Positions 30,377 through 41,138 of a stretch of 64,000 bases of DNA are shown here, piece after piece (within the stretch, counting starts at the first letter, position 1; each line of letters starts with the position of its first letter). Below the pieces are notes generated by a model. That model was not told the origin of the DNA. It saw only the letters and a list, made by a program, of their open reading frames with translations, and ran no database searches. This stretch comes from an uncultured Candidatus Saccharibacteria bacterium (lineage in GTDB: Bacteria > Patescibacteriota > Minisyncoccia > Phycocordibacterales > UBA918): the NCBI GenBank assembly GCA_964402035.1, contig CAYOAM010000001.1:371558-435557 (forward strand), in the 5' to 3' direction. The translations under genes and the position numbers were made by a program.

Positions 30377-30943
30377 ATGAAAATCGTATCCTCAGTATTT
30401 ATGCGCAGTGTCCAGGGTGATAATGAGATTCTCGATGATGGAATCCCACATATCGCGTTTATAGGACGTTCCAATGCCGGCAAATCGAGCCTCATCAACT
30501 CTCTGACCGGAGTAAAAAATCTTGCCATAAGCGGCAAGACTCCTGGCCGAACACAATCTATCAATGTGTTTTTGATTAACGGTTCTCACTATTTTTTAGA
30601 CCTACCTGGCTATGGATTTACAAAGCGAGACGCAGGGACGCACGAACAATTTGGGAAACTAATCTATTGGTACCTCTTTGATTCGAAACATACACAAAAA
30701 GTAGTACTTATTGTCGACGCAGAAATTGGCCCTACCGATAGTGATATTGCCATGCTCGAAGACCTAGTGCGCGCACACAAAGATATCATCATTGTACTCA
30801 ATAAAGTAGATAAGATTAAGAAATCACAGTACAAGCATCACATAGAAAAGATTGCCTCCCGGCTTTCTCCACATAAAATCTTTGTTCACTCCGCCATAAG
30901 TAAAGTAGGCAAACAAGAATTAATCGATCAACTCTTGGGTTAG
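30377..30943 (+). CDS. engB: Ribosome biogenesis GTPase EngB/YsxC
   Basis: GRSNAGKSS, KTPGRT, DLPGYG, NKVD. Confidence 0.93.
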   Translation: MKIVSSVFMRSVQGDNEILDDGIPHIAFIGRSNAGKSSLINSLTGVKNLAISGKTPGRTQSINVFLINGSHYFLDLPGYGFTKRDAGTHEQFGKLIYWYLFDSKHTQKVVLIVDAEIGPTDSDIAMLEDLVRAHKDIIIVLNKVDKIKKSQYKHHIEKIASRLSPHKIFVHSAISKVGKQELIDQLLG

Positions 30944-30984
30944 ATAAGATACAGACAGGTTATTTCTTTTGTTATAATTGAAAC

Positions 30985-31515
30985 ATGAGTTTTGAGAATC
31001 AATCAGAGAGCATCCGCTTCCCCCACATTGCAAAGGAACTTAAAGCGATGGTCGACATTGACCAAGATATGCGTAATCGTAATCGTAGCGATGATTACTG
31101 GGATGAAACAATTGACGTAAAACATACTGAACGAATGAAACAGATTGTTTCAGAAATTGGATGGCCTACTATATCAAAAGTAGGAATTGTGGGAGCTAGT
31201 AATGCGTGGCTTTTAGTGCAGCACGCTAATCATGATGTAGATTTTCAAGAGCACTGCTTACAGCTGATGAAGGAAGCGCCAGCTGGTGAAGTTAGTATCA
31301 TCGACACTGCCTACCTGACAGACAGAGTAAACGTTCACCGAGGCAAGGGTCAAATATATGGAACTCAAGTTACGCGCGAAAATGGAAAACATATTCCACG
31401 TACGATCGAAGACGAAGTACATGTAGACGCGAGACGCGCCGCAATCGGAATGGGACCACTTTCAGAATATATTGAAATGATTTACAAACAATACCCAATC
31501 AATAACGAGAAGTGA
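30985..31515 (+). CDS. DUF6624-like conserved protein
   Basis: DQ..R, GWP....VG, AWLLVQHA, AYL.DR......Q.YGTQ, DARRA.IGM.PL. Confidence 0.75.
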   Translation: MSFENQSESIRFPHIAKELKAMVDIDQDMRNRNRSDDYWDETIDVKHTERMKQIVSEIGWPTISKVGIVGASNAWLLVQHANHDVDFQEHCLQLMKEAPAGEVSIIDTAYLTDRVNVHRGKGQIYGTQVTRENGKHIPRTIEDEVHVDARRAAIGMGPLSEYIEMIYKQYPINNEK

Positions 31516-31546
31516 TTTGATTCAGTTTACAACAATATCCACAATA

Positions 31547-31584
31547 TTTAACTCCTGACAGTTCCTTAACTGTCAGGAGTTAAA
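31547..31584 (+). terminator. 17-bp hairpin, likely terminator
   Basis: TTTAACTCCTGACAGTT-cctt-AACTGTCAGGAGTTAAA followed by T-tract. Confidence 0.65.
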
Positions 31585-31851
31585 ATTTTTTTCTAGAATG
31601 AAGGGAAATAGGGTCAATCACCATTTCTCATTCTTTCTCACCAAAAAAAGTACCTGACACCTTTTCCACTTTTCCTTTTCCTATATCACCTCTTCCACTA
31701 CAAAACTATGAAAGCGCGCGATTGGGTGGCAGATTTAAAAGTTATCGTTTAGGCAGTATTTCGATACCCCCAAAGAGAGTTTAGAACTATTGACTTTTTG
31801 TATATACATGGTACATTGCCATCAGCTCTTTCACATTTTGGAGAACTTCCG

Positions 31852-32457
31852 ATGAAGTCCGTTACCCTCACACTCGACTACCGCACCATCGAACAACTCA
31901 TCGACCTGATAGATGAACCACACAGGGTGATTTGTCACAAAATCCTCGTCGACAACCGCGTGCTTTTTGAAAAAACACGTGGCTCGACACACAATCACCA
32001 GACATGGGAAGGTGGCTACATTGACCATGTGACCGACGGGATGAACTACACTTGCCATCTGTACGCATTTGATACCGCCTTTGGCAGACCAATGCCGTTT
32101 ACGTTATCTGATGCCCTGCTTGTCTTTTTTCTCCATGACCTCGAAAAACCGTGGCGGATACAGGTGGATGAGCGAGGCAAAGCATCAAACCGTGAAGGTC
32201 TTCAAACCAAGGACGACTTCAAGAGGTTCCGTGACAAAAAGCTCGCCGACTACGGTCTCGTCCTCAACCCAAACCAGCTGAACGGCTTCACCTACGTCGA
32301 AGGAGAGCTGGCCGACTACAGCAGTTTGCGTCGAGTGATGAATGAACTCGCTGCCTTCTGCCACAAAGTCGATAACTGGTGTGCCCGGGGATGGTATGAC
32401 TACCCAAAAGCCGAAGGTGACGAGTGGACAGGGGCAAAGCGATTTCGTACTACATGA
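31852..32457 (+). CDS. HD-domain-like protein
   Basis: GSTHNHQ..EGGY.DHV and LHDLEK motifs. Confidence 0.6.
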   Translation: MKSVTLTLDYRTIEQLIDLIDEPHRVICHKILVDNRVLFEKTRGSTHNHQTWEGGYIDHVTDGMNYTCHLYAFDTAFGRPMPFTLSDALLVFFLHDLEKPWRIQVDERGKASNREGLQTKDDFKRFRDKKLADYGLVLNPNQLNGFTYVEGELADYSSLRRVMNELAAFCHKVDNWCARGWYDYPKAEGDEWTGAKRFRTT

Positions 32458-32531
32458 ACAGAGACAACCAACCCCGCGGTGGAGCATGGCTCCACCGCGG
32501 GGTTTTTTATACTTTTTTTAAAAGAGGTAAC

Positions 32532-33821
32532 CTACATCTTCTGCCACATCTTGTCCTGGCGTACCAACAGATCTGCAGCGGCTTCTGGATGTGCCATGAT
32601 CTCCTCGACAGCGCGCTCGGCGCGGATACTTTGTGAGCCTTTGATCAACACGATGTCGTTTTCTTCGAGCATCTCTTCCAACTCCTTGCCTGCCAATCGT
32701 GCATCTTCATACTGCCGAATCGCTGACTCTTTCATACCAACAGCCATAGCACCTTCTGCTATACCGCGCGCACGGATACCCACCGTAAACAGCATATCTG
32801 CCACACGACCAATCTGGTGACCCGCCTTTTCGTGTGCTTCAACCGAGTACTGCCCTAGCTCCATCATATCGCCTAAGACGGCTATTTTGCGCCCATTGGT
32901 ACGTACTTCCTTCAAAGACTGAATCGCGCGCTCCATGGCGACTGGAGAAGCATTGTAGGTATCATCAATAATTAGTGTGTCTTTGAGACCGGCGACGAGA
33001 CGCATACGCCCTGGTGGCGGTACATGAGCGCGTAGGGATTCCGCACACTCGGTGAGTGGGATTCCAAAAATAGAACCGATAGCAATTGCTGCAGCATAGT
33101 TGTATGCATGTTGTACACCAAGTGAACCCGAAACATGTACCACAACCGCATCCGCGCCATGGGTCAGCGTAAACTCCAGACCTTCTGGTATGCCCTTTTC
33201 ATAAATTATTTGATCACCGGAAGCAGTAAATGGCGAGAATGAATAACGACTATATCCGATAGACTGTTGCCGTATCCCCTCTTTTATTTTTACAATTGCC
33301 TCATCGTCATTGTTGTACACAAAAATACCATCAGGTTTTAATGCCTCTACCAGTTGTCGTTTCTCATCGATCACTGCATCAGGAGAGCTGAAAAACTCGA
33401 CATGTACCGGCACATCAGGAAGCCGCGTCAACACTACAATGTCGGGTTTTATCCACGAAGCCAGGCGTTTGATATCGCCTGGGCGATCCACCCCAATTTC
33501 TAAGACCAGCCAATCAGGATATTTCCCGGGAAAGAGAGCGGTCAAAGCTCCATCAAAAATATTTTTTATCCAACGAAATGGATTACTCCACCCATTTGGC
33601 AGACCTAAAATGGTGAGCGGTACCCCTATTTCAGAATTAAAACTTTTTTCACTTTTTCGGGCATGCACTTTTTGTTTGATGACGGTATAAATAGCGTCCT
33701 TTGTCGATGTCTTTCCTACGCTACCGGTGATGCCAATAATGTGCGGTCGTGTACGCATCAAAAGTACCCTCGCTTCGAGCGTCAGTATGGCTACAATAAT
33801 GTGCTTGAAAACTTGTTTCAT
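32532..33821 (-). CDS. murF: UDP-N-acetylmuramoyl-tripeptide--D-alanyl-D-alanine ligase
   Basis: GITGSVGKTSTK, NSEIGVP, DDTYNASP, LGDMMELG, KGS. Confidence 0.92.
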   Translation of the reverse strand: MKQVFKHIIVAILTLEARVLLMRTRPHIIGITGSVGKTSTKDAIYTVIKQKVHARKSEKSFNSEIGVPLTILGLPNGWSNPFRWIKNIFDGALTALFPGKYPDWLVLEIGVDRPGDIKRLASWIKPDIVVLTRLPDVPVHVEFFSSPDAVIDEKRQLVEALKPDGIFVYNNDDEAIVKIKEGIRQQSIGYSRYSFSPFTASGDQIIYEKGIPEGLEFTLTHGADAVVVHVSGSLGVQHAYNYAAAIAIGSIFGIPLTECAESLRAHVPPPGRMRLVAGLKDTLIIDDTYNASPVAMERAIQSLKEVRTNGRKIAVLGDMMELGQYSVEAHEKAGHQIGRVADMLFTVGIRARGIAEGAMAVGMKESAIRQYEDARLAGKELEEMLEENDIVLIKGSQSIRAERAVEEIMAHPEAAADLLVRQDKMWQKM

Positions 33822-33833
33822 AGTAGAAATCCG

Positions 33834-35549
33834 TTATCGATCCGGTGGGACGTCGTAGTAGTTGAGTAAAAACTTCGCGAGGTTGAAAAAAGGTACCGTG
33901 AGTGTCTCCGAGGCATACTGCACTCCTTTTGGTTCTACCGTATAGAGAAATACCAAAAATTGTGGATCATACGCCGGGAAATACCCAAAGAAAGAATGGA
34001 GGTACCGATCCTCATAGTACCCCTTCCCGTTTGGATCCGCAATTTGGGCAGTTCCGGTCTTTGCGGCAATCGTATAGTGCTCCATTTTTTGCTTTCCATG
34101 CGCAAGAGCGGTATCCACCACTTCGACTAACATACGCGTTATTTCCTCGCTTGTTTCCTCTTTAAAGACCCGTTTATCAGGAGGAAGCGTCATCTCTTTT
34201 TGCTTGCCATTTTCATAGATCACCTTCTTTCCGATGTGCGGAGTGATCAACATCCCACCGTTTCCTAGTGTGGAGAGCGCGCGCGCCGCCGCAATAGGCG
34301 TGAGTGCAATACCCTGCCCAAATGATGCCGTAGCATACTCCAGATCGCGAGGGCTTTCCAGATTTTTGGTTAGCCCATGTGTTTCACTTGGTAGATCAAT
34401 CCCTGTTTCCTTATCAAATTCTAATGCTTTGAAATATGTGCGAAATTTATCACGCCCCATCGTCTTTACTACATACGCAACCCCTGTATTCAAAGATTGA
34501 TTGAGAACTTCCTGCATAGACACAACACCACGTCCAACACCATCATAGTTTGAAATGGTGTAATCAGAAAGTTCAATAAATCCTTTATCATCATAAGTCG
34601 TACGACGAGAAATCATGCCCGAATCAATACCCGACGCAATCGTAAGCGGTTTGATAATTGATCCCATCTCATACACACTCTCGATCATTGGATTCTGAAA
34701 GAGTTGCGGATCAGACACACCACTAAAATCATTGAGGTTAAAATCAGGATAATTGCCTATCGCATAGATCGCACCCGTTTTTGGATTGATGATCACGCCA
34801 CCTGTCTGTGCACTATTCCACTGTTCATGTGCCTTTTTTAGCTCAGATTCAAGAAGGCGTGACACCGCTGGTTCGAGTGTCGTCACTACATCGCCTGCTT
34901 TGTTCTCACTTGAATCAAATACCAGTGATCCAAAATTGGTAAAAATTTCTGCAAAGAAATTGACAAAGAGATTGGCGGTGTTTCGTGTCAGTGTATCTTC
35001 ATAGTATCGCTCAAGGCCATAGCGTCCGCCTAAAGAATCTTGATTGTAGGCGACAAAACCGATAGCGTGGGAAGCCAGTGATCCACCTGGGTAATAACGC
35101 CACTGGTCACGATAGAGCGACACGCCAGGCAGCTTTAGTGCACGTATCTTGATGCCGTCTTCTTCACTCACCCGCGTCTTGATTTCTTCATACGGATCAC
35201 CCTTCTTTGCTGCACGGGCTAAAAATACATCCTGATCAATCGACACTACTCCATTCAGTGCTGCATACGTAGCTTCTTGGTCTCGTACGAGATCAGGACT
35301 AATAGCCAACGTATATCCCACTTTTATCGTAGCCGCTGTGACTTCCGTATTATCCTTGGTGGTGAAATACACCATGCCGCGATCAAAGATATTCTGTACC
35401 GAATGCACATACTGTCGCTCTGCTCGATCAACATAGTCTTTGTTATGCATGACTTGGACGACATACAACCGTGCAATCAGCACAAGAGCAACAAGCAAAA
35501 CGCCGCCAGTGACCAACCGAATACGAAAGAGAATGTTAGAACGATTCAT
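33834..35549 (-). CDS. ftsI: Class B penicillin-binding protein (FtsI)
   Basis: SIIK, SLN, KTGT transpeptidase motifs; dcw position after rsmH/ftsL. Confidence 0.88.
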   Translation of the reverse strand: MNRSNILFRIRLVTGGVLLVALVLIARLYVVQVMHNKDYVDRAERQYVHSVQNIFDRGMVYFTTKDNTEVTAATIKVGYTLAISPDLVRDQEATYAALNGVVSIDQDVFLARAAKKGDPYEEIKTRVSEEDGIKIRALKLPGVSLYRDQWRYYPGGSLASHAIGFVAYNQDSLGGRYGLERYYEDTLTRNTANLFVNFFAEIFTNFGSLVFDSSENKAGDVVTTLEPAVSRLLESELKKAHEQWNSAQTGGVIINPKTGAIYAIGNYPDFNLNDFSGVSDPQLFQNPMIESVYEMGSIIKPLTIASGIDSGMISRRTTYDDKGFIELSDYTISNYDGVGRGVVSMQEVLNQSLNTGVAYVVKTMGRDKFRTYFKALEFDKETGIDLPSETHGLTKNLESPRDLEYATASFGQGIALTPIAAARALSTLGNGGMLITPHIGKKVIYENGKQKEMTLPPDKRVFKEETSEEITRMLVEVVDTALAHGKQKMEHYTIAAKTGTAQIADPNGKGYYEDRYLHSFFGYFPAYDPQFLVFLYTVEPKGVQYASETLTVPFFNLAKFLLNYYDVPPDR

Positions 35550-35853
35550 TTGAAGAAAATGCAACAGAAGATTTCTTTTCAACAAAAATCTTCACCTCAT
35601 TTTTTTCAAATCCTTGTGTGAGCGCCTGCGCTTCTCCAATAGCGTCCTTTCCAATGACGTAGGCTGACTCAAGCTCGCTAATACGAGTATGCATGGCAGT
35701 AATATCTTGATCCAGCTCCTTGCGTACCACCACATGCGCCACCGCCGCGCTTACAAAATAAATATACAAAACGGCCAAAATAAAAAATAGTGAAACGGCG
35801 ATGCAAAATGCCTGTCGTTCACGTTGATATGTTTTAATGTGCACTCGTGTCAT
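35536..35853 (-). CDS. FtsL-like cell division protein
   Basis: Single TM helix plus coiled coil between rsmH and ftsI. Confidence 0.6.
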   Translation of the reverse strand: MTRVHIKTYQRERQAFCIAVSLFFILAVLYIYFVSAAVAHVVVRKELDQDITAMHTRISELESAYVIGKDAIGEAQALTQGFEKNEVKIFVEKKSSVAFSSNESF

Positions 35854-36751
35854 TTTTTTCTAAAATACGCAACTTCGCACTCCGCGCCCTCGGGTTTTGG
35901 GCACATTCGTCCTTTGTTGCAATAACAGGTTTCTTTGTAATAATCGTTCCAACGCCACTCTCTGCTGCTACTTTGAATGCGTGCTTTACAATGCGATCTT
36001 CGATGCTATGAAAGGCAATGACTCCCACTCTCCCGCCCGCTGCTAGTCGCAGTTCCGCCGCTTTTAGGAAATCACCAAGTGCATCGAGCTCATCGTTGAC
36101 CGCTATGCGCAATGCTTGGAATGTCTTCGTAGCTGGATGTATGCGTCCATACTGATACGCACGCGGCGTTGCCTCCTTAATGAGCGCAACCAGATCATCG
36201 GTGGTTCGTATTGGTGTACGGATCCTGCTTTCACAGATTTTTTTTGCTATGCGCAGTGCGTAACGTTCGTCTGCATATCCGTAGAGCACATCAGCAATCG
36301 ATTCCTCTCTCCACTCGTTGACAATATCCGCTGCTGTAAATGCATGCGTAGCGGGATCTCCAAAGGTCATGAGCAGCGGTTCTGTGTTCTGAAATGAAAA
36401 TCCCTTCAAACCATGTGCAAACTGATCACTATTCCAACCAAGATCTGCGAGTATTCCATCAACGTGGGTAATCTGTAGGGAATCAAGTACTTCTTCAAGA
36501 AATCTAAAATTTTTGCACACAACGTGCACGGTGCCCGAAGCATCGTGGAAACGTTTCTTCAATGCTTCTACAGCAACAGGATCCTGATCAAGGATGATGA
36601 GTGTCCCGTCTGCACCAATAAGCTCCAGTATGCGCGCGCTGTGGCCTCCACCACCGCCCGTCGCATCGACTATGGTCATACCGTGCTTCACTTGAAGTAA
36701 GGTTACCGTCTCATTGATGAGAACCGGTATATGTCCACTAACGCTCTCCAT
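35834..36751 (-). CDS. rsmH: 16S rRNA C1402 N4-methyltransferase
   Basis: HIPVL, DATGGGGGHS, DLG, FQALRIAVNDEL, FHSIEDR, NPRARSAKLR. Confidence 0.96.
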   Translation of the reverse strand: MESVSGHIPVLINETVTLLQVKHGMTIVDATGGGGGHSARILELIGADGTLIILDQDPVAVEALKKRFHDASGTVHVVCKNFRFLEEVLDSLQITHVDGILADLGWNSDQFAHGLKGFSFQNTEPLLMTFGDPATHAFTAADIVNEWREESIADVLYGYADERYALRIAKKICESRIRTPIRTTDDLVALIKEATPRAYQYGRIHPATKTFQALRIAVNDELDALGDFLKAAELRLAAGGRVGVIAFHSIEDRIVKHAFKVAAESGVGTIITKKPVIATKDECAQNPRARSAKLRILEKNDTSAH

Positions 36752-36754
36752 ACA

Positions 36755-37189
36755 TTAGAAGACTCCGATCTCACCCAACTTCTCGGCGAGCGCATCACCC
36801 TGCTTCTCAATACGCGCTTTGTACTCACTCCATACCTTCTCATCCCAGATTTCAACCCGATCGTGGATTCCTGCAAGTACCACCTTGCTGGTGAGTCCTG
36901 CAAAATCCTTTAAGAAATCAGGAACGAGAATACGACCGACACTATCGATATCAACTTCTACTGCACCTGACAGAAAGAAGCGATTGAATCCGCGGGTGTC
37001 CGCTTGACCAAGTGGCAGCTGTGCGATCTTTTTAGTGATCTGCTGCCACTCCTTCAAGGGATAAACAAAGAGACAGTTATCGAGTCCACGGGTCACCACC
37101 ACCTTCTTCCCAAGCTCGCGCCGAAATTTAATCGGCAACGACAGCCGTTTCTTGGGATCGAGAGAGTGTGTGTATTCGCCGATGAGCAT
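36755..37189 (-). CDS. mraZ: Transcriptional regulator MraZ
   Basis: MLIGEY.HSLD.K.RL, DSVGRIL, EIWD. Confidence 0.96.
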   Translation of the reverse strand: MLIGEYTHSLDPKKRLSLPIKFRRELGKKVVVTRGLDNCLFVYPLKEWQQITKKIAQLPLGQADTRGFNRFFLSGAVEVDIDSVGRILVPDFLKDFAGLTSKVVLAGIHDRVEIWDEKVWSEYKARIEKQGDALAEKLGEIGVF

Positions 37190-37229
37190 AACTCGATTTC
37201 TTTACTAGAATATTGAGCGTATCTAGATT

Positions 37230-37288
37230 TACCACTATCTCCCACCACCCCTACATTCTATAACACTTTGCCCCACCGCACCACACTG
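37230..37288 (-). promoter_or_regulatory. Putative MraZ-binding GTGG(G) repeats
   Basis: Several GTGG/GTGGG units on the minus strand upstream of mraZ. Confidence 0.55.
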
Positions 37289-37336
37289 TTATCCACATCG
37301 ATCCTCCCTATCCACGATGCACAAAAGGTTCACATA

Positions 37337-37376
37337 ACAAAAAAATCCCCAGCATGTGCCGGGGATTTTTTTGTTG
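37337..37376 (-). terminator. Intrinsic terminator after lysS
   Basis: AACAAAAAAATCCCC...GGGGATTTTTTTGTT. Confidence 0.7.
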
Positions 37377-37379
37377 CTA

Positions 37380-38849
37380 TTATGTTTCTTGCTCTGTCTT
37401 TTTTGGACGCATGAGTGGAAACAGTTGTGTCTCACGCAACGGTTTATCCATAAGAAATGCAAAGAAGCGTTCGCCAAATCCAAATCCGCAGGTTGGCGGC
37501 ATTCCATATTCAAGCATCTCAACAAAGTCCCATTCGGGCATCATTGCCTCATCATCACCTGCCGCCAAAAGTTCTTGCTGCAATTCAAAACGTCTTCGCT
37601 GATCGATAGGATCATTGAGCTCGCTGTACCCACGACCGACTTCGCTCCCTGCTATAATTGGCTGAAACATTTCTACCGTCTCTCCGTCAGCGCGGAGTTT
37701 TGCGAGTGGCGCCACCATTTTTGGATGATGCACCAGAAATGCAGGACCCGATATTTTCTTGCGACAGTATTTCCATAGGGTGTCCGTGAGTCGTTCACGA
37801 TTTTTTCCATCATATACAACCCCGAGCTCACGCAACTTTTTTTCCATCTCTTCGAGCGAAGTAGTAATAATATCGACGCCCGTTTGTCGCAGTACTTCTT
37901 CACGATAATCGATGAGCGGCCACTCTGCTGCGAGGTCAAAACTATGACCATGAGAAGTAAACGCCGTTGTGCCAAACACTTCTTGTGCAACCGTACGGTA
38001 TAAATCCTGCACGAGTTTCATACCTTCTCGGTAGTCAGCGTACGCAAGGTAGAACTCCATGTTGGTAAATTCTTGCAAATGCTCGGGACTTGTTCCTTCA
38101 TTGCGATATGCACGCCCAATTTCAAAAGTCTTCGGATATCCTGCGGCCATGAGTCGCTTTTGCCACAACTCACCTATTGAGATGCGTAAGTAAACATCCA
38201 TATCAAAGTCGTAGTGATGTGTTTTAAATGGACGCGCTTCAGCACCACCAGTCGTGACTTCGAGTGTCGGTGTCTCGACTTCTAAAAATCCTTTCGTCTT
38301 CATGAATGAGCGCACGGCATCCCAAAAGAGCGCCTTCTTATAAAACATATTTCGCACATCTTCATTTTGTAGCAAGTCGAGATATCGCTTGCGAAAAAGT
38401 TCCTCCTCGTCTGCAAGCCCATACCAATCACTTGGAACTGCTTGCAGAGCCTTGGTGAGAATGTGCCAAGTAGAGACTTCAATCGTGGCTTCACCACGCT
38501 TTGTTGTAAATGCAGTTCCAGACGCCTGTATAAAATCACTCGCATCAATGGCGTCGGTCAAAAGTGTATACGAAGCATCGCCGAGTATATCCTTTGAGAA
38601 AAATAACTGTAGGCGACCCGTACCATCAAAGAGATCTGCAAAGGTTGATCCTCCATGGCGACGCAACGACATGATGCGACCTGCGATCGTGACCACCGTG
38701 CGATCGGTACTATGTACTTCAAAATCAGTGCGCACAGCACCTATGGTGTGCGTGCGTGAGGTTGCTGCAGGATATGCATCTTGACCCGCTTCCTTTAATA
38801 GCTCGAGCTTTCGCTCGCGCTCCGCCTTTAGTTCTTCACGAGTTGACAT
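37380..38849 (-). CDS. lysS: Lysine--tRNA ligase (class II)
   Basis: GGAEARPFKTH, YLRI, YRNEG, YSELNDP, YGMPPTCGFGFG. Confidence 0.96.
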   Translation of the reverse strand: MSTREELKAERERKLELLKEAGQDAYPAATSRTHTIGAVRTDFEVHSTDRTVVTIAGRIMSLRRHGGSTFADLFDGTGRLQLFFSKDILGDASYTLLTDAIDASDFIQASGTAFTTKRGEATIEVSTWHILTKALQAVPSDWYGLADEEELFRKRYLDLLQNEDVRNMFYKKALFWDAVRSFMKTKGFLEVETPTLEVTTGGAEARPFKTHHYDFDMDVYLRISIGELWQKRLMAAGYPKTFEIGRAYRNEGTSPEHLQEFTNMEFYLAYADYREGMKLVQDLYRTVAQEVFGTTAFTSHGHSFDLAAEWPLIDYREEVLRQTGVDIITTSLEEMEKKLRELGVVYDGKNRERLTDTLWKYCRKKISGPAFLVHHPKMVAPLAKLRADGETVEMFQPIIAGSEVGRGYSELNDPIDQRRRFELQQELLAAGDDEAMMPEWDFVEMLEYGMPPTCGFGFGERFFAFLMDKPLRETQLFPLMRPKKTEQET

Positions 38850-38911
38850 AGCAGTATCCTATCGTGTCTGTGAGAAAAGTACAAAGCCCGCTCATGCGGG
38901 CTTTGGCTTCT

Positions 38912-39385
38912 CTACCTGACCTCGATAATCTTATACGACTGTTTTCCGTTTGGCGTTTGAAAATTGAACACATCGGCTTTTTGTTTTCCCATAAGCGCTT
39001 CGCCCAGTGGGGAAAGGTATGAAAGTTTGTGTTCGTGAATATTTGCTTCTTCGGATCCGACAATGGTGTACACACGATTGTCTTTCTCTCCGTCGCGCAC
39101 CATAGTAACTATGGAACCCAAGCCCACTACTGCACCTTTCTTGTCCCCGACAACGATCTTCGCTTCCTTGATGACGCGCTCAAGATGCTGGATACGTTCT
39201 TCGATAGCGGCTTGCATATCACGTGCCTCCTGATACTCAGCATTCTCCGAAAGGTCTCCAAGGCTTCGTGCGTACTCCAGAGACTCTGCCACTTCCTTTC
39301 TTCGATTCGTTTTTAAGTGTTCCAGCTCTTTTTTTAATTCCTCAAACTTTTCAGCGGTGAGAAATGCGTCATGTGAATCACTCAT
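38912..39385 (-). CDS. greA: Transcription elongation factor GreA
   Basis: GDLSENAEY, SPLGEAL. Confidence 0.96.
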   Translation of the reverse strand: MSDSHDAFLTAEKFEELKKELEHLKTNRRKEVAESLEYARSLGDLSENAEYQEARDMQAAIEERIQHLERVIKEAKIVVGDKKGAVVGLGSIVTMVRDGEKDNRVYTIVGSEEANIHEHKLSYLSPLGEALMGKQKADVFNFQTPNGKQSYKIIEVR

Positions 39386-39441
39386 ATATTTTCCAAACTA
39401 AATTGTGGCTCTATTATACGTGCAGGTCGATCGAAGTCAAA

Positions 39442-41127
39442 TCACACCGAATCAGCGGGGTCAAAAACATACTCTGGCATGTGTGCAATCATCCATCCAA
39501 CAAACTGACTAAAGATGGGAGATGCACCGAAAAGGTTTGCTCGTGGACCTCGTTCCATCAACAATACAAATGCATATTTAGGTTTTTCGTATGGATAAAA
39601 TCCCACCACCCAAGAATTTACAAACTCTTTCCGCGATCCCAATTCTGCCGTACCTGTTTTTCCACCAAAATGAATGTCTGGCCGATTGAGCGCACGCGCA
39701 GTCCCTTCCGTCGCAGAAAGGCGCATACCTTCATGAATAATCTTTAGATGTTGCGGATTAATATCTATTTTTTCTGCAAGCTGCGCTTCGCCTTTCACTA
39801 TGAGCGGACGAAGCAACGTACCACCGTTTGCGATGGCGGCGTATGCACGCAACATTTCAATCGGTGTCACCTGAAATCCAAACTGTCCAATGGATGTATG
39901 ATAGGTATCCCCTAGTCTCCAATCGTCATCAAACACTTCCTTTTTCCAAACTGGATTTGGAATAACGCCGACAGATTCTCCTGGTAGTGCGATACCGGTC
40001 TTTGTATCAAAACCGAACCGATGCATGTAGTCATATATTTTTGTTATACCAAGACCTGGCTGATCACCAAATCCTCCACCGACATAATAAAAATATACGT
40101 TCGATGAAACCGAAATAGCATGCCGCATATCGACGTACCCATGCGCTCGCCAATCCATAAACACCGACGGCTGCGATGGATTGTATTTGTTTGGCAGAAT
40201 CAGTGAACCCGTGCTTAATATCTCTTTTTCAGGACTTATAATCCCTTCACCAAGTGCAGCAAGCGCCATAAAAGGTTTAACAACAGAACCGGGTGTATAA
40301 ATACCCGCAACAATTTTGTTCAAAAAAGGCAATCGGTCATCGGCATTGTATGCCGCCAACTCCTCTGCACTTCCGCGCGTCATAACCTCGGGATCAAAGG
40401 CCGGATAACTCGCGAGCGCTACAATTTCTCCCGTCTCAACATCCATAATGACTCCTGCACCGCTACGGAAGCCCACCTTGGTCGCTGACGTCGCTATTTG
40501 ATCATAGAGTGCCTCACTCAGCTTTGCATCAATAGTGAGCGAGATAGGGGTACCTGGCTCGGGTGCATGCACCACATGCTCGGATATCGTCTCTCCAAAT
40601 GCATCAACTTCAAGTAGCTGTTCACCATTGGTGCCATGCAACACGTCCCCAAATGATTCCTCGACACCACCGCGTCCCGTATAGTCAGTACGAAAATAGT
40701 AGCCGGCTTTGTCCTTTTTTGGATAATTGACGTACCCCAGGAGCTGCCCCAACCCTCTCCGGTCGGTATACACACGCTCGGCAAAATCGCTCGCATCATC
40801 ACTTTCTGCATTCCACGCAAGCCGCTCACCCGTTCGATCAAAAATGACTGCGCGCTCAGCAAAAATAATGTTTCGATCAAGATGATTGTTTACACTACGC
40901 TTGGCGTACGCCGCTCCCGATACGACCTGCAGTTGTATCAGTTGACCTAAAAATACCAAAGCTATGAGCGTAAAAAGCACCCCCACACCAAAGACACGAA
41001 AGCGTGTGAGCGGCTGCTCGAGTCGACCTTCTAACCGTCCACGATTAAATTCCGGAAGATTTGAAGCGTCCATAAAGATCTGCTCGACATCAATGGTTTT
41101 TTTCTTTCGGGGTTTTAAAAAAAACAT
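39442..41127 (-). CDS. mrdA: Penicillin-binding protein 2
   Basis: PGSVVK, SSN, KTGT; follows mreBC. Confidence 0.88.
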   Translation of the reverse strand: MFFLKPRKKKTIDVEQIFMDASNLPEFNRGRLEGRLEQPLTRFRVFGVGVLFTLIALVFLGQLIQLQVVSGAAYAKRSVNNHLDRNIIFAERAVIFDRTGERLAWNAESDDASDFAERVYTDRRGLGQLLGYVNYPKKDKAGYYFRTDYTGRGGVEESFGDVLHGTNGEQLLEVDAFGETISEHVVHAPEPGTPISLTIDAKLSEALYDQIATSATKVGFRSGAGVIMDVETGEIVALASYPAFDPEVMTRGSAEELAAYNADDRLPFLNKIVAGIYTPGSVVKPFMALAALGEGIISPEKEILSTGSLILPNKYNPSQPSVFMDWRAHGYVDMRHAISVSSNVYFYYVGGGFGDQPGLGITKIYDYMHRFGFDTKTGIALPGESVGVIPNPVWKKEVFDDDWRLGDTYHTSIGQFGFQVTPIEMLRAYAAIANGGTLLRPLIVKGEAQLAEKIDINPQHLKIIHEGMRLSATEGTARALNRPDIHFGGKTGTAELGSRKEFVNSWVVGFYPYEKPKYAFVLLMERGPRANLFGASPIFSQFVGWMIAHMPEYVFDPADSV

Positions 41128-41138
41128 ATGTCAGTACG

